Part shown: piece by piece, positions 11,937-25,741 of the stretch
How the letters are laid out: the number at the start of each line of letters is the position of its first letter
Numbering within the stretch: the stretch's first letter is position 1
Origin: Eledone cirrhosa
Taxonomy: Eukaryota
Length of the DNA: 64,000 nucleotides
Assembly: GCA_964016885.1 (NCBI GenBank)
Contig: OZ024744.1
Span: 52,638,001 to 52,702,000, forward strand
Reading direction: 5' to 3'
Notes under the pieces: model-generated
Database searches by the model: none
Told to the model about the DNA's origin: nothing
What the model saw: only the letters and a program-made list of their open reading frames with translations
Position numbers and translations under genes: made by a program

Positions 11937-13622
11937 TTTCGTTTATTGGCCATAAGGGCCGACATGTAGGGTACAATACAAAGACAGAGACAGTGGGGGT
12001 TTCCAATAAGGTCGAGTAAAATTGCACAATGGCAAGACTAATTTAACAATGAAGATATAAAAATATAAAATAAACTATGCATAAATATAACAAAATAAAT
12101 TCCCCTATATGGGGTGGACGACCCAGGGGTGACTCAGGTACCCCACCAATCCTGAACCACCCTGCGCTTCTAGGGCACGCAGGAGAGCACCCCTCTCCTC
12201 AAATTAGCTAGCCTATAGGCGCGTGGTCAGAGTAGGTCCATTCACACGGGCCATTCTCGCCACATTCACCCACCTTTTAGCAAATGTACATGGGGGGGGG
12301 CATCACTTCTCTCTCCACCCTCACCTTCCTTTCCTAGTGAAACTTGAAGAAGTTGATGAGGGATTGGCCGAAGAGAAAAGTGTCTGTCTTCAGTCCTTTT
12401 ATTCTGGTCCACCATATAACATCTTTCGCAACTGCCACCAGACAGAGGAAAATTTCCTGCTCTTCCTGGCCAAATGAAGGCGGCAGGTCGATCTTCACTC
12501 TGGACTCGGCCGATAGCCGGATCCGCTCCACACGTGACAGTAGCTGTTCGACATAACTCCACAAGTCAGTAATGCACGGACATTGGACAAGTGCATGCAG
12601 AACGCTTTCGTCGTTCTGTGGGCATCTCGGGCATGTCCGTCTGACAGCACTTCCGTGCCTGTAGAGTTTTTCCCGAACCAGCAGTGCTCCCCGGCAGCAC
12701 TGCCAAGCGAGGGATTTCTGGAAATTGTCCATCGTCCCCGGCTCGAAATTATTCCGGAACAGACTGGTTAGTTCGACTTCATCGAGGCACAACGCTTCTC
12801 CGAGTTCGTCATCGCACTTGCCCACCACTAATCCTCTATAGAACTCGAGAGTGGAATTTCCACTGATCGCATTGCCCGCTTGGTAGAGGGCAGTGAGTGC
12901 CTGGCAACATTCCAGGTGCCAGTCACCCAGTCTCGGTCTTTTGACCCAGGACTGCAGCCTAGTCAAAGAAATGAGCTGCGGAAGGGTCCGTCTGATAAAC
13001 GCGACCACAGCTGTTCACCGTTTAGGCAGAATATCTGGAGATGTCGCAGCCTCAGCGCATGTCTGCTCATCATTAGCCACGGCATGCCTAGCCCTCCGCG
13101 TAGAGGGTGCTGGCAGCAGATGGACCGCCTCACCGACGGAACTTGTCCTCTCCACAAACATTTGAAGAGGAGCCGTTCCAACTTGGCGAGGCGCGGACGT
13201 CGGCCAGGTCTACGCATTCTCCACATCCGCGCGACCTTTCAGTGATAGCTTCCTCGCAGCCTATTTTTGGATGAGACTACCCTGCTCATTACCTCGTCCC
13301 AATTCTTTTGCACCTGGTCTGGTCCGAACCAAACCCCCAGAAACTTTACCGGCCCGTCCGTCCAGCGCCAGCGCCCCACGACGCTGTTGGACGGCATGGA
13401 CTTGCTTTCCAGGTGGCGAGCTGCAAGCCCACCGACTTTCGGGGTTAAGTTTAGCTCCTGTCAATCTTTCATATTCCTTTCAATAAGTTGCCGACCACCT
13501 CGATTTCCGAGGTGTCCGACACCATCACGGTCATGTCGTCCGCACAAGCCGACACAGCCTTTCCACGTCCCGGTTCGAGCGGGAGGTCCTGCAACAGCTC
13601 AAGCTTTCGTAGTAAAGGCTCA
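11937..13622 (-). mobile_element. Tx1-like LINE copy C, 5'-truncated (RT C-terminal half + cysteine-rich domain + 3' UTR)
   Basis: Motifs VSACADDMTV, TGAKLN, GGLGMP and CPRCPQNDESVLHALVQC. The C-terminus is homologous to copy B, and the 3' tail reads GGCCCTTATGGCCAATAAACGAAATT. Several frameshifts. Confidence 0.85.
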
Positions 13623-13664
13623 ATAATAATAACAAATTATTATTATCTTAATCATCAATGTCTG

Positions 13665-13851
13665 TGGATTGGCAGTATCGGTAGAGGGTCAGACGCCATG
13701 CTTTCCAGCATAGTTACGTCCCTTTACGATCTGAGTTCAAATGCCGCCGAGTTTGACTTTGCCTTTCATCCTTACGGGGTCGATAAAATAAAGTACCAGT
13801 AATGCACTGGGTAATTGCTGGCCTTGTGCCTAACGCAGAAACAATTATTAT
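13665..13851 (+). mobile_element. tRNA-derived SINE with MetaSINE-like core
   Basis: A-box-like TGGCAGTATCGG, B-box GAGTTCAAATGC, core GCCTTTCATCCTTACGGGGTCGATAAAATAAAGTACCAG, and tail GGCCTTGTGCC...GAAACAATTATT. Several copies occur in the window. Confidence 0.75.
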
Positions 13852-13869
13852 CTTAGTCATCGTTTTTAT

Positions 13870-14890
13870 TTCTATTAGTGGTGGTAGTAGTAGCAGCAGC
13901 AGAATAGTTATAAGTAATTACTACTACTACTACTACTACTATCACTAACAGTTCTATCACCCTCATCCTAAGCATCACCAACAGCAACACCAAAAGCGAA
14001 AACAAAAACACTACAACCACCTCCACCAACCACCAACCACCACCACCACCAACACCATTACTACCACTAACAACTCCATGAACCAAACACTACCAGGCCC
14101 AGTACCATTACCAACAACAACCACAACCACGGCAACAACAAACCATAACAACAATACCAATGCCACCATCTCTACCATCACACACACACACACACACACC
14201 ACCACTACCATCACCCCTGTTATCACCACTAACAATAACAATAATACAATCACCATCACACCACAAGCAACACCACGAGCACCGTTAACAACAATACCAT
14301 CCCCACCAGTCCAACCGAACTAACATTACCACCACTACCACCTCTACCATCGCCACCACCATCACCACTAACACCACCACCACCACCACCACCATCACCA
14401 CTACCACCACCACGACCACCTCCACCAACACCACCACCACCACCACCGCAACCTCCACCAACCACCACCACTACCACCAACATCACCACCACCACCAACA
14501 CCAACCACCAACAACCACCACCACAACCACCACCACCTCCAACAACCACCAACCACCGCCACCACCAACCACCACCACTAACACTACCACCAACCACCAC
14601 CACCATAACACCACCACCTCCACCAACCACCAACCACCATCACCACCCACCAACCACCAACCACCACCAACCACCACCACTAACACTACCACCAACCACC
14701 ACCACCACCACTAACACTACCACCAACCACCACCACCATAACACCACCACCTCCACCAACCACCAACAACCACCACCACCACCACCACCAACCACCAACC
14801 ACCGCCACCAACCACCAACCACCACCACTAACACTACTACCAACCACTACCATCATAACACCACCACCTCCACCAACCACCACCACCCTA
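13870..14890. repeat. (ACC/CCA/CAA)n low-complexity region
   Basis: Degenerate trinucleotide repeats with internally duplicated blocks. Confidence 0.9.
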
Positions 14891-15409
14891 ATAACTAAAC
14901 TACAATAATACCGTTATCACAATATATACTACCGTTATTTGGTCGTTTTATTATTTATTCCAGCGATGCTTCACAGCAGCAGTTGTGCCATTCATTTTTT
15001 TTTCGCACTTCCTACAAATTTCTGTACCTGTTGACCTTAAAATCATACGTATTCATCCATCGAGTCGGAGCACCCGATGACCCTTACATTTTTCAGTTTA
15101 AACACACCTATACAGTTCGATCGAGAAAGAATTATCCTATTGCTATATTAATCTAGATTTTTGTTTTTCTATTTTTTTTTGTGTATGGTGTGTTGTGTTT
15201 GTTTTTGTTGTTGTTTCTTGGGGTCTCTTGTTTTATTCTTGTTTTATTCTTGTTTTATTCTTGTTTTCCTTTTTTTTATCATTCATCTTTTTTAATCTGT
15301 TGTAGATAGGTACAATGATGGACTGACCGAAATTCGAATATTGATTCAGCGATATATGAATGTATATATATTGTGCATATATGTTGTGTATATGTTATGT
15401 ATGTATGCA

Positions 15410-15458
<49 letters not shown>

Positions 15459-16463
15459 TTATGTATGTATGTATGTATGTATGTATGTATGTATGTACGT
15501 ACATAAGCATGTATGTGTGTATGTATGTCAAGTCGCTCTCGAGTGCTACTGGTAACATGTAACCCAGTACAACCTGTCTCATGGTCAGGTCGTCGGCGAC
15601 TAAACTGGCAAATCCAAGTTTGCTTGGTGAGGAGGGTGATATTGGACACCCTGTGTGATGAAAAACAAAACCCCACAAAGGGTTGAGGAACTCAGGAGAG
15701 TCATCGGACATCCAATAAAGGTTTTTTTGTGGATCGAGAGATTCCCAATCTTCATTAAGACATCTCTCTAGGAGAAGGTCACTCTGATATAAAACATGTG
15801 ACTTCATTTATCAGTCAGATGTTACACGGTTAATATAATTGGAAAAAACTTTGCATCCAATGATGTAGACTGGTTCTTCTTTTTGGGCAAATATATTCGA
15901 TGATCAGAGAGTGAGATTAGCCTCGTACAAAGCCTTTCCTCGCGTAAAAAAGCTTCAAGCACAGGCATTGCTTGATACGTGACATCCTTTTCATGCATGG
16001 TATTGCTGGCTATAGGAAAGTCCCTAGTAGGAAAAAAAGCCACGTCCGTGATGCTCATGTTTAAGTATGACGCGATGGTATTACTCGAAATCAAGTTGCA
16101 GCCATCATGTATTATGTATGTATGTATGTATGTATGTATGTATGTATGTATGTATGTATGTATGTATGTATGTATGTATGTATGTATGTTTGTATGTATG
16201 TATGTATGTATGTATGTATGTATGTATGTATGTATGTATGTATGTATGTGTGTATGTAGTTACCGATGATGTTGATCTTTTCTTCTTTTCGGGTTATAGC
16301 TACTGTCGCTCAGAGAGTGGGATTGGCTCAGTGCACAGTCTTTCCTCACTTTAAACATTATCTTCACGCACAGGCATTGCAAGATAGAATTAATTAATAA
16401 TTATTAATAATGGTATATCGTGCAATGGCCATACTCGATAACGAGAGGGCAGCCACCATGTAT

Positions 16464-18465
16464 GTATACAGAGGTATATCATTGCTTTCTGTCGTAGGGA
16501 AAGTTTTATGTAGGGTGCTCCTGGACTGTCTGCTCACACACATTGCAGATTGTGTTCTTCCTGAAAGTCAATCTGGTTTTCGTGCTGGACGCGGCACTAC
16601 TGATATGATCTTCTCAGCTAGACAGCCCCAGGAGAAGTGCATGGAACAAGGTTTGGATCTGTATCAGGTTTTGTCGATCTGACAAAAGCTTGCCATACTG
16701 TTAACAGAAATGCATTATGGAAGGTACTACAGAAACTTGGTTGCCCTGATAAGTTCCTTGCTTTAGTTAGGTCTTTCCATGACATGAAGGCTTGGGTTAA
16801 TGTCGAAGGTAACATGTCGGAGCCTATCTCAGTAAAAAATGGAATTAAACAGGGGTATATTCCAGCACCGACCCTGTTTGCCATATACTTTGCAATGGTT
16901 TTCTGTATTGCATTCAGGAATTGCGAGCATGGTGTTTACATCCGATATGGAACCTCAAACAGCATATTTAACATCAGGCGCTTTGCTGCAAAAACAAAAG
17001 TATTTACATCAATCATAAGAGACCTCTTGATTGCGATCTTGTAGCACACACATAGAGTGATATGCAGCACATTTTGAATGCATTTTCTGATGCTTGCACT
17101 GCCCTAGGATTGACTGTCAGTCTCAAGAAAACCGTCGTCATGTACCAACCTGCCCCTGGCTAGCTGTACAGTGCACCAAAATTATATGTGGATGGTAAAC
17201 AACTTGGAGTGATTTATCAGTTTGTCTACCTGGGAAGCACTGTCAATCGATACAGCAACCTAGATAGTGAAATCCCACTCAGGATTTGGAAAGCAAGTGA
17301 TGCCTTCGGAAAGCTAGACAGGCGACTCTGGGGTCAGCGAGACATATGCAGGAGGACAAAGGTAAAGGTGTACAAGGCATGTGTGCTCTCTTCTCTTCTT
17401 TATGCCTGTGAGACCTGGGTGACATATCGACACCACCTTACGCAATTGGAGCGTTTCCATCAGATGTGTCTCAGACGGATCCATGGCGTTCACTGGAGGG
17501 ACCACATCAGTGATGTCGAGATTTTGGAAAGCTCTATGTATGACAGTATAGAAGCTCTTGTGCTTAAGCAACGACTCCGTTGGAGTGGTCACCTTGCCAG
17601 GATGAAGGATTCTAGAATACCAAAAACAACTCTTTTATGGAGAGTTGGTTAAAGGAAAACGACCGCCACATAAACCAAAAAAGAGGTATAAGGATTCCTT
17701 GAAAGCCTCTTTGAAAGACGCTAACATCTCTGCTGATACATGGGAAAATGTTGCTGCTGATCGTAATAAATGGAGAAAGACTGTATATGAGGGAAAAGTT
17801 GCCTTTGAGTCATCTCGAATCGCATACGAGAAAGTAAAGCGGGATGTGAGGAAGGGCATTGCTGTTGCACTTCCAGACGGCGAGGGTCCTCCTATGGTGC
17901 TGACATGCAGCGTCTGTGCGAGACTCTGCCTAAGCACAGCTGGACTCGAAAGTCATCTTCGCAGTCATAAATTGAGACCAGTGGTTGACTACCAGGCTGC
18001 TGTTGGAGATGCTACTCATCATGCTTGCTAGAGAATGTAAATCAGCAGGAGGGCTCAAGCGACATGCAAAAGTACATGAACTCCAACTACAGCCGGCTAT
18101 TCCCAGTGAATGTTTTGGTTGCCGACTCTGTGCAAGACATTTTAGATCATTGGCTGGGCTAAAAAGCCACATTCGATCGCAGCACCGTTAATTGCTATCG
18201 TGTGTATGTGTGTGTATAGATATGTTTATGTGTGTGTGTGTGTATATATATATGTGTATATTTTATTATTGTTGTTGTTGTCGTTATTATTATTGTTGTT
18301 ATTATTATTATTATTGTTATTATTATGTTTTTTTTTCTCGTGCAATGGCCATACTCGATAACGAGGGGCAGCCATTATGTATGTATGTATGTATGTATGT
18401 ATGTATGTATGTATGTATGTATGTATGTATGTATGTATGTATGTATGTATGTATGTATGTATGTA
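16464..18465 (+). mobile_element. RTE-clade LINE, 5'-truncated and frameshifted, with C-terminal C2H2 fingers and (TATG)n tail
   Basis: Motifs YRGISLLS, LPESQSGFRAGRGTTDMIF, FVDLTKA, FVYLGS, LLYACETW and LRWSGHLARM. Fingers CSVCARLC..H..SH and CRLCARHF..H..QH. The 3' end is GGCCATACTCGATAACGAGGGGCAGCC followed by (ATGT)n. Confidence 0.9.
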
Positions 18466-18559
18466 TACTCTTCCTTTCTCCTAATTTTGAGTTTACGTTT
18501 GACCGGCCACCTCCTTGTGCCAAGATTGTAAAGAAAAGGAAATTGTTGTCGCCTCTTGT

Positions 18560-19330
18560 GTAAACGTTCATTTCTTTAATCGCAAGAATATTTTATAAAT
18601 TTTGAAGGTTGCAGCTATCGTGATCCTTTGTAGCATTAAGGAGCTTCGTTCTTTCTCCAGAAAGTTCAGTTATACTTTGGGTAAGGTGTGATCAAATAAT
18701 AACATGTAGGAAGTTGAACTTATATCTCGGATACTGGATCTGCAAACTCCTTACCAATGGTCCATAGATATCCTCCTCTTGCATTTTTCTTACCACACTG
18801 ACATCAGCCGGGCAGCTGAATTCTACAACAGAGCATGTTTAATGTGTGATCCCAAACAACAATATCAGACCGGCTGTACTTTAAGTTGATAGCAGTTCCA
18901 CCAGTATTCCTTTGAGCTATAAGTCTCACCATATTTCTTCCTAATTGATTTGATTTTCGTCTACCGTAATGTATTCCAGATTGTTCTAGCTATCACATCA
19001 TGTCTCATGATGGTAATAATGTGGTTAACATCTTCAATGTTTGTTTTGCACAACCAACATGCATGTATTGTTAAATGATCACATTCCTCTTTTGCGCAGT
19101 AGGTAATTGGTGGAGATTTCTTTTTCCTGGATTCCATGGAGATATCCATGTCAGACTTTTAGTATGGTTTATCCCCTCTATAGTCTGTGTTTTGCGTCTC
19201 AAGTACCCATGAATAACCTTCGAAATGAATTGCTCTATTTTTTGTTATTTTGTTCGAGGACTACTTATTTGGGAATTGTAAGATCCTAACGACAGTGTGT
19301 CAAACACTCAATCTTGATTTTGTTTGATCC
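18560..19330 (-). pseudogene. Degraded RLE-type (R4-like) retrotransposon 3' fragment
   Basis: Minus-strand remnants CWLCKTNIEDVNHII, MRHDVIARTIWN, DIVVWDH and YGPLVRSLQIQYP, with many stops. Confidence 0.6.
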
Positions 19331-20304
19331 GTGAATGAAGTTCCCCCATAAAGAAGATGTGCAGCATGAAATCTACGGTCACACGTTCACCCATCCAGAA
19401 ATCACTGCAAATGTTGCAGCGGCAGCCTATGCCTGTGTATCATGAGTCACAGCCTACCGAGACCTCCACACGATGATTGGTAGAAACTGGAAATCCTTCA
19501 GAATCATGGAACGAATCCTTTTCACAAGAAATAATATAGCAAAAGATCTTCCCTAGTAAGTTGAAAATCGGATAAGACACGCCAGTCAGTGGGTAATATA
19601 TGCGTTCACTATCTGTTTGTGAAATTAGTCAATCTAATTGCAATCTCATTCTAATATCTGAACAACTGGAAGTATACTCTGAACCAAACTATAACAGTAC
19701 CTTTAATTCAGCGTCCCAGCAGGACGCTGGTTGGCGTAGAGTTTCCTATCCAATACCAAACCATAAATCCACAGACCTGTTCTGGGTAATACATATTACT
19801 TTGAAGACACCGTATTTCTTCGTTATACCGTCGACCACTGATTTTCGTGGTGAGCGAAACAATGACAACAATTGCTCAAGAACCAAATCTTATTAGTGCA
19901 ATGATGGAGTATATCTCTGATGGGTCGTTATTTGAAAGCTTCGATAGCTTGACAATTAGTATGGCCACAACACAGATGCTGCAGTAAAGTGATCAAGCCT
20001 CTGAAGACAAGATCGGAAAACGATGCACTGAGATCCAGCGAAGGGTATCATTTCCAACCCTATTGCATGTTTTAGATGATTCCAAGTGTGATTGAAGCCA
20101 ATTTTATTACCTAACCTTTCGTCAGACTTAATCTTTCCATTCAACAGTGTATGGGCGGGAAATTGTCAAGGATGCCCTTTTTTGACGTTATTTCACAGTT
20201 CAGCAGCACCAGCATTTAACACAGCTAAAATGTACTTTATCAGTTCCAAACGTCTGCCAAGAAATGGCTGAATAAGTCTGGAATGTATCAATAAGGGTTG
20301 GGAA

Positions 20305-20480
20305 GCAAACCGTTCAATCCCTGGCAGTGGAGACTTCTGGTGTCCTCGGCCCCAGAGCTACCTCCCTACTCACCGCCATAGGCGCTGAGCTGGCCAGCCG
20401 CAGATTTGAACACCGCGAGTTGGAGTGGCTTTTCCAGCGCGTCTCCCTTGCCGTCTTCCGTGGGAACGCCTTCCCTTCTC
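20305..20480 (+). pseudogene. CRE-clade non-LTR retrotransposon C-terminal (RLE) fragment
   Basis: FNPLAVETSGVLGP...LFQRVSLAVFRGNA is the characteristic end of CRE-type endonuclease domains. Confidence 0.7.
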
Positions 20481-20569
20481 CATCCTGTCCGCAGGGGCTT
20501 GGGGCATCGCGTAATCGCGTAACATACCATATTTAGGAATCCAGATTAATGGTTTTTAGGGTATTATAT

Positions 20570-20680
20570 TCAACAAGCGGGTTTGAAGGCTGCACTTTCC
20601 TCTCCACTCTGATTTTCCTCTTCAAATAAAATTTGAAAAAGTTAATCAGCGCCTCACCAAAGAGGAAAGTACTTGAACTG
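20570..20680 (-). pseudogene. Short Tx1-like ORF2 C-terminal fragment
   Basis: TFLFGEALINFFKFYLKRKIRVERK matches copies B and C. Confidence 0.75.
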
Positions 20681-21132
20681 CATCCACAACACATTACATA
20701 CCTATCTGACACAATCATTCACGACCACCTGTATGTCACCGTCTATTATAGTTTCTTCTAACGAGATCAGCTTTAGGTCTTCGAGGTAGATCTTAATGTC
20801 TACCGTCTCCAATCCACAACAATGCCCAAACAACTGAGTAAAGTGCTGGTGGGAAATTACTCACATCTTCAGTCGAATAACACCTACCCGTCTTGGTCCA
20901 TAATGATGACTTATAACGTCTCTGTTTTGTCACTTTAATCATATATAACGGCTTACGCATTATCGTCTCCCAAAGTCTTAACTTCCACAAATCAAAATTC
21001 ATCTTTTACGTCAAGGCATCTCAAACAATGTGCTTCCGTCAGTAACACATCTTTGAAGATATCTTTCTTACTTGATTAGTGCAACCTGTATTCGTTTGTT
21101 TTCTATCGCTCCTTTTTTTGTTTTTTGCACTA

Positions 21133-21326
21133 GGGCGGTGGATTGGCAGTACCGGTAGAGGGTCGGACGCCATGCTTTGACGTATAGAGTTACGGCCCTT
21201 GCCATTCTGAGTTCAAATCCCGCCGAGGTTAACTTTGCCTTTCATCCTTACGGGGTCGATAAAATAAAGTACCAGTAATGCACTAGGTATTTGCTGGCCT
21301 TGTGCCAAAAGTAGAAACAATTAAAT
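21133..21326 (+). mobile_element. tRNA-derived MetaSINE-like SINE (full copy)
   Basis: Near-identical to 13665-13851, with B-box GAGTTCAAATCC. Confidence 0.75.
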
Positions 21327-21329
21327 TAA

Positions 21330-21482
21330 CACCAGCACTTAATTGGTAGTTTATTTTATTGACAAATGGAACGATAAAAATTAAAGTTACCCTCAGTGAG
21401 ATTTGAACTCAGAACGTAAAAACTCAGAGCAAATACCACATAATGTTTAATATCTATGCTTTATCGATTCTACCAATCCATT
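21330..21482 (-). mobile_element. Diverged related SINE, inverted
   Basis: The reverse complement carries TTCTGAGTTCAAATCTC and a degenerate core ending GTCAATAAAATAAACTACC. Confidence 0.55.
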
Positions 21483-22384
21483 ACTCCGACAAGCCAGTAT
21501 AATATTAATCAAAACAGCAATAATAAGAGAAGTAAAACTAAAGAAATATTTAATTGCTGATGAAGTTAGAATGTATAATATATTGAACAAACAATCTATA
21601 TGTCTATATAATGGAGGATATATATGATAGGTTCATATTTCAGTAGACAATGGATGTTATACCATACTACTGTAGACAAAATGGAGTCTATAGCCATTTA
21701 GCTGTTCGAGCACACACACATTCACACGCAAACACATATGCATTCAAAAACACCTAGACACACACCCCTACACACACACACATACACACACATATACACA
21801 ACCACACACATACACACACACATACACACACACACATACACACACACATACACACACAAACAGACTGGTACCTATACACAGACAATATTAAATGCCTGCG
21901 AGAATTTGAGTTTGTTTGCTACAATAGATCTTATTTCAAATTTTACATACGCACACACGAAAAAATCACTGACACAAGCAGACATACCTTCACACACACA
22001 CACAGTCACACACGCACACACACACATACACATACACGCATATATATATATAATTCTTTTACTGGTTTCAGTTAGTCGTGGGCGGCCATGCTGCAGCCAC
22101 CACCATCTTCAAATATTTCAGCTGATGAAATCGACCCCATTACATATTTCTGACTGATTCTGGTATTATTCCATCTCTAAAGGGCCGTAACTCTATGTTG
22201 CAAAACTTTATTAAACCATTTAGTTAATTAAAGGAGTAAGCATAAGAGATATTAAGTGATATATACTGAACACGTCGTTTTTAAATTTGTGTAACTACAA
22301 ACAAAAATATGACCTACAATAATGTAACATTCGTGTCAACCATCCTCCCATCGTAAGAAAGAATGGGCTGTTTGGGGGCACATT

Positions 22385-22755
22385 ATACCTGATGGAGCCG
22401 ATCCTCTCTCGACGTTTGAACACTACTGATTCCTCCAAGGGAGTGGAGAGATAGATAGATAGAGAGGGGAAGGGGATCAACCTCAGTTTTCGACTGGTGC
22501 TGAGAGTTACGTAAGGGTACACGTATCTGTAGAATACTCAACCACTTCCTACTATGATAGAAGATGGACAGAAACTGAGTAATGTAAAGAATCAGACTTA
22601 TTATACACTATTACGTTAAATGTCCATGACCTTTGCGTTAAGACCACACGTGTTTATGAAATACTCAACCACTTAAAGGTTAGTTTCATTAACAGGCCGA
22701 AGAATTGACTGATCAACTAGAACACTCATCGTATAAACCGACGGGGTTCCGTTCT
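22385..22755 (+). mobile_element. Second SINE-like dispersed repeat family
   Basis: Shares blocks (GGAGCCGATCC; AAGGGTACACGT..TGT; CAACT.GAACACTCATCGT) with about 45245-45495 and, inverted, about 47050-47200. Confidence 0.5.
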
Positions 22756-23536
22756 ATTCTATTCGCTAAACTTCATCTGCTTAGCAAACACACAATACTG
22801 GACGCTACAAGTTAATGTCTCGGACGTTTGCTTATATTTTAGTGTGTAACTTGCAATTCCTTTAGTTGGTAGATAAAACCTGGCCTAGTAGCAGTACAAG
22901 GTTGTGATCAGAATAATCTAACCATCTCACACCAAGAGACTTCCAAAGAATTGTCAGCTGTCTCATTTCCCTGCCACAGGTTCTCGACACGTCTTACATT
23001 GAATCGGTTTAAAGTAGCAGGCGCAACGTCAGACATAGTTGAGCTCAGCTCACGAATGCGGTGCCCTGACTGTTGCATCATGTCCCACTTCATGACAAGG
23101 GGGTAACACCCATATATATATATATATGTATATGTATATGTATATATATATATTCGTGTGTGTGTATGTTTGAGTAAATACACACATTCACACACGCTCA
23201 CATATACACAAATACACACACACAACACATATATATGTACACACATATGTATAAAGAAAGGAAGAGAGAGTAAGAGGACTGTAAAGTGTCATTGAGTAGT
23301 CAATAATGGTGTATTAAATTAAAAATAATTTCTAATAAGGAATTAGACAAATATGAGAATAGGCTAGATTGGCGTTTAATACAAAGACGTTTATTGACTG
23401 GCGGCTAGGTGGATTTTGTTTGACTTCATTGTCATTCTATTGGATTGTATATGGACAGAGAGAGAAATAGGGTAGTGAGTGAAGTAGAGAGATGACAGGA
23501 GGTAAATGGTAGTGATAGGGTAGAGAGAGAAGAGAG

Positions 23537-23608
<72 letters not shown>

Positions 23609-25668
23609 CATTGGAGAGAGATTCGGAGATAACTCTTGTCTATTGTTTCAACAACAATGAAATTAACTACAACAACAACAACAGCAGCAGCAGCAACAAT
23701 AACAAAAACAACAATAAAAACACGTAGTGTAAGAACAGCAACAACACTAACAGCAACATGGATGTCGGCAACAATAACTATATCAACAACAAAAGTAACA
23801 ATGACAACACCAGCAACAAAAATAACAACAACGTTAACAATAAATAAAAAACCAATGGAAATATTGTTTCCATGGCCCGATCTGATGACCAACTCCTTTC
23901 TTCAGCGAGGTGTTGCAACCAACATATAGTACCAGCAATGGAGGGACCAGTCGAAACATTCTATTTTGTTTGGCGGCCTGAATGACCAAGGTGTCTGCCT
24001 GTAGCATTCTTCATGTCAAAGATATTTTGAAATTGTCTATACTCCGTAACATGATGTCCCCCAGAAGAACTTCAAACGGAATTTATCGATACTCAGAATT
24101 CTTGTCAGGCTGTCGTCACTCATTCCTACCAGTAACCTCTATAAACGCCAATAAGGCAGTTTCATCTAGTGAGGTTGCGAGTTCGATTCCTCAACTGGGC
24201 GTTACGTCATATCCCTATGCAAAACACTTTATTTCATATTGTTTCTTCTGTCTGCCAGGAGTTGTAACCGGGAGATATTATCAGTAATGGAAAGACCAAT
24301 TAAGAGATTTTTTTTTGTCTGATTTGACGTGATTCATCCAACTCGGTGATCGAATAAGGTCTAGGATATTGTCAATATGTAAGCAAAGCCATCCAGTATA
24401 CGGAAGGTGCGAGTTCGAGTTTAACAGCAACCAGTCCCCAGTTTTCCGTCTCTCAGGGCTGATAAGCACAACTTGTGTGATTATTTTACATAGTCAAAAA
24501 ATTCAAAACATAGGTTTCTAAACACACGACTATAAATACGTATATATAAAGAAAATGTAGAATTGGAAATAGCACGGAAAATATATTTAATGATCGGTGT
24601 TTCTTCTTTGATTCGTCAAAGTAACATCATTGAAAAAACGAAAGGAACAATTCTTTTAAAATAAAGATTTTTATAATGTATATAAAATATATAAAATATA
24701 GTCGGTTTCGATGCATCAGCATGGACCATCTTATCGAATGTTGAATATGACAATTAAAAAAAATTAAAAAGAATAAAAAAGAATTAAAAAAATTTGTCCA
24801 TTTAAAATTAAGTGTTGAAACGGTTGTTCATCTTTCTTGTTGTGAAGACTGGGTTTAAAATGGAGCCCTATATATATAGAGAGAGAGGTGTAGTCATAGT
24901 AATAATAGTGTTGGTAGTTGTGTTTTTCACAGAACAAAATTATTTTTAGAAATAGTGAAAAGTTCAGATGGGGGCGGCGAAGGGGGGAAATGTAAGCTAG
25001 AGACAATTGCTATAGGGGAGAGAGACAAATGAGAGAGGGGAATGGGGTTGTTAAAATAATTTCTATTTGATATATATATATGTGTGGGGGGGGGGGGTAT
25101 GTGTGTATATAAAAGAAAGTAAATCTTGACCACGAAGCCTAACGGTTTCGGCTTATATATCGCTAGGCATCCGGGTCGGGTTTTTATTTTCCTCTACATC
25201 TACTCTGATTCTTCCCATATATAGAGTACTACCTTGATTTGTGGTCTCCACGTCTCGGTACCGCACACATACCCCCCCCCCATATATATATATATACATA
25301 TATGTGTGTGTGTTAGGACAGGGAGACCTTGTGTGAAATGCTTTCAGATAGAAGGCCAAGAAGAAGTGGATGTATAAATATTTTTTTTCATTACATTTCA
25401 ATCGAAGGAAAATGTACCCCTGGTGAGATTTGAACTCGGAATGGACACGGTACGGCACAACTGCAATATCAACTACATCAATATCAATAGCAACAACAGC
25501 AACGAAATCAATGTTGACACCAATACATTTTTAGAAGATTTTTTGGTTTTGTTTGCAAAGTATTTACGTTGCTTTCGTTATTTCAAATTAATTGTTTAGT
25601 TGGATGCGTAATAATCAGCTGACAAATAAACGAACAAAAAGCATACATACAAACATACATACATTTAT

Positions 25669-25700
<32 letters not shown>

Positions 25701-25704
25701 GTAT

Positions 25705-25741
<37 letters not shown>

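Noticed and set aside
13853-14886. Gly/Val/Trp- or Thr/Pro-rich ORFs
   Set aside because: Translations of (ACC)n low-complexity DNA, open in many frames.
15530-16070. Minus-strand ORFs in non-repetitive-looking sequence
   Set aside because: No recognisable domain or splice structure, and it sits between (TATG)n tracts. Probably a degraded TE piece.
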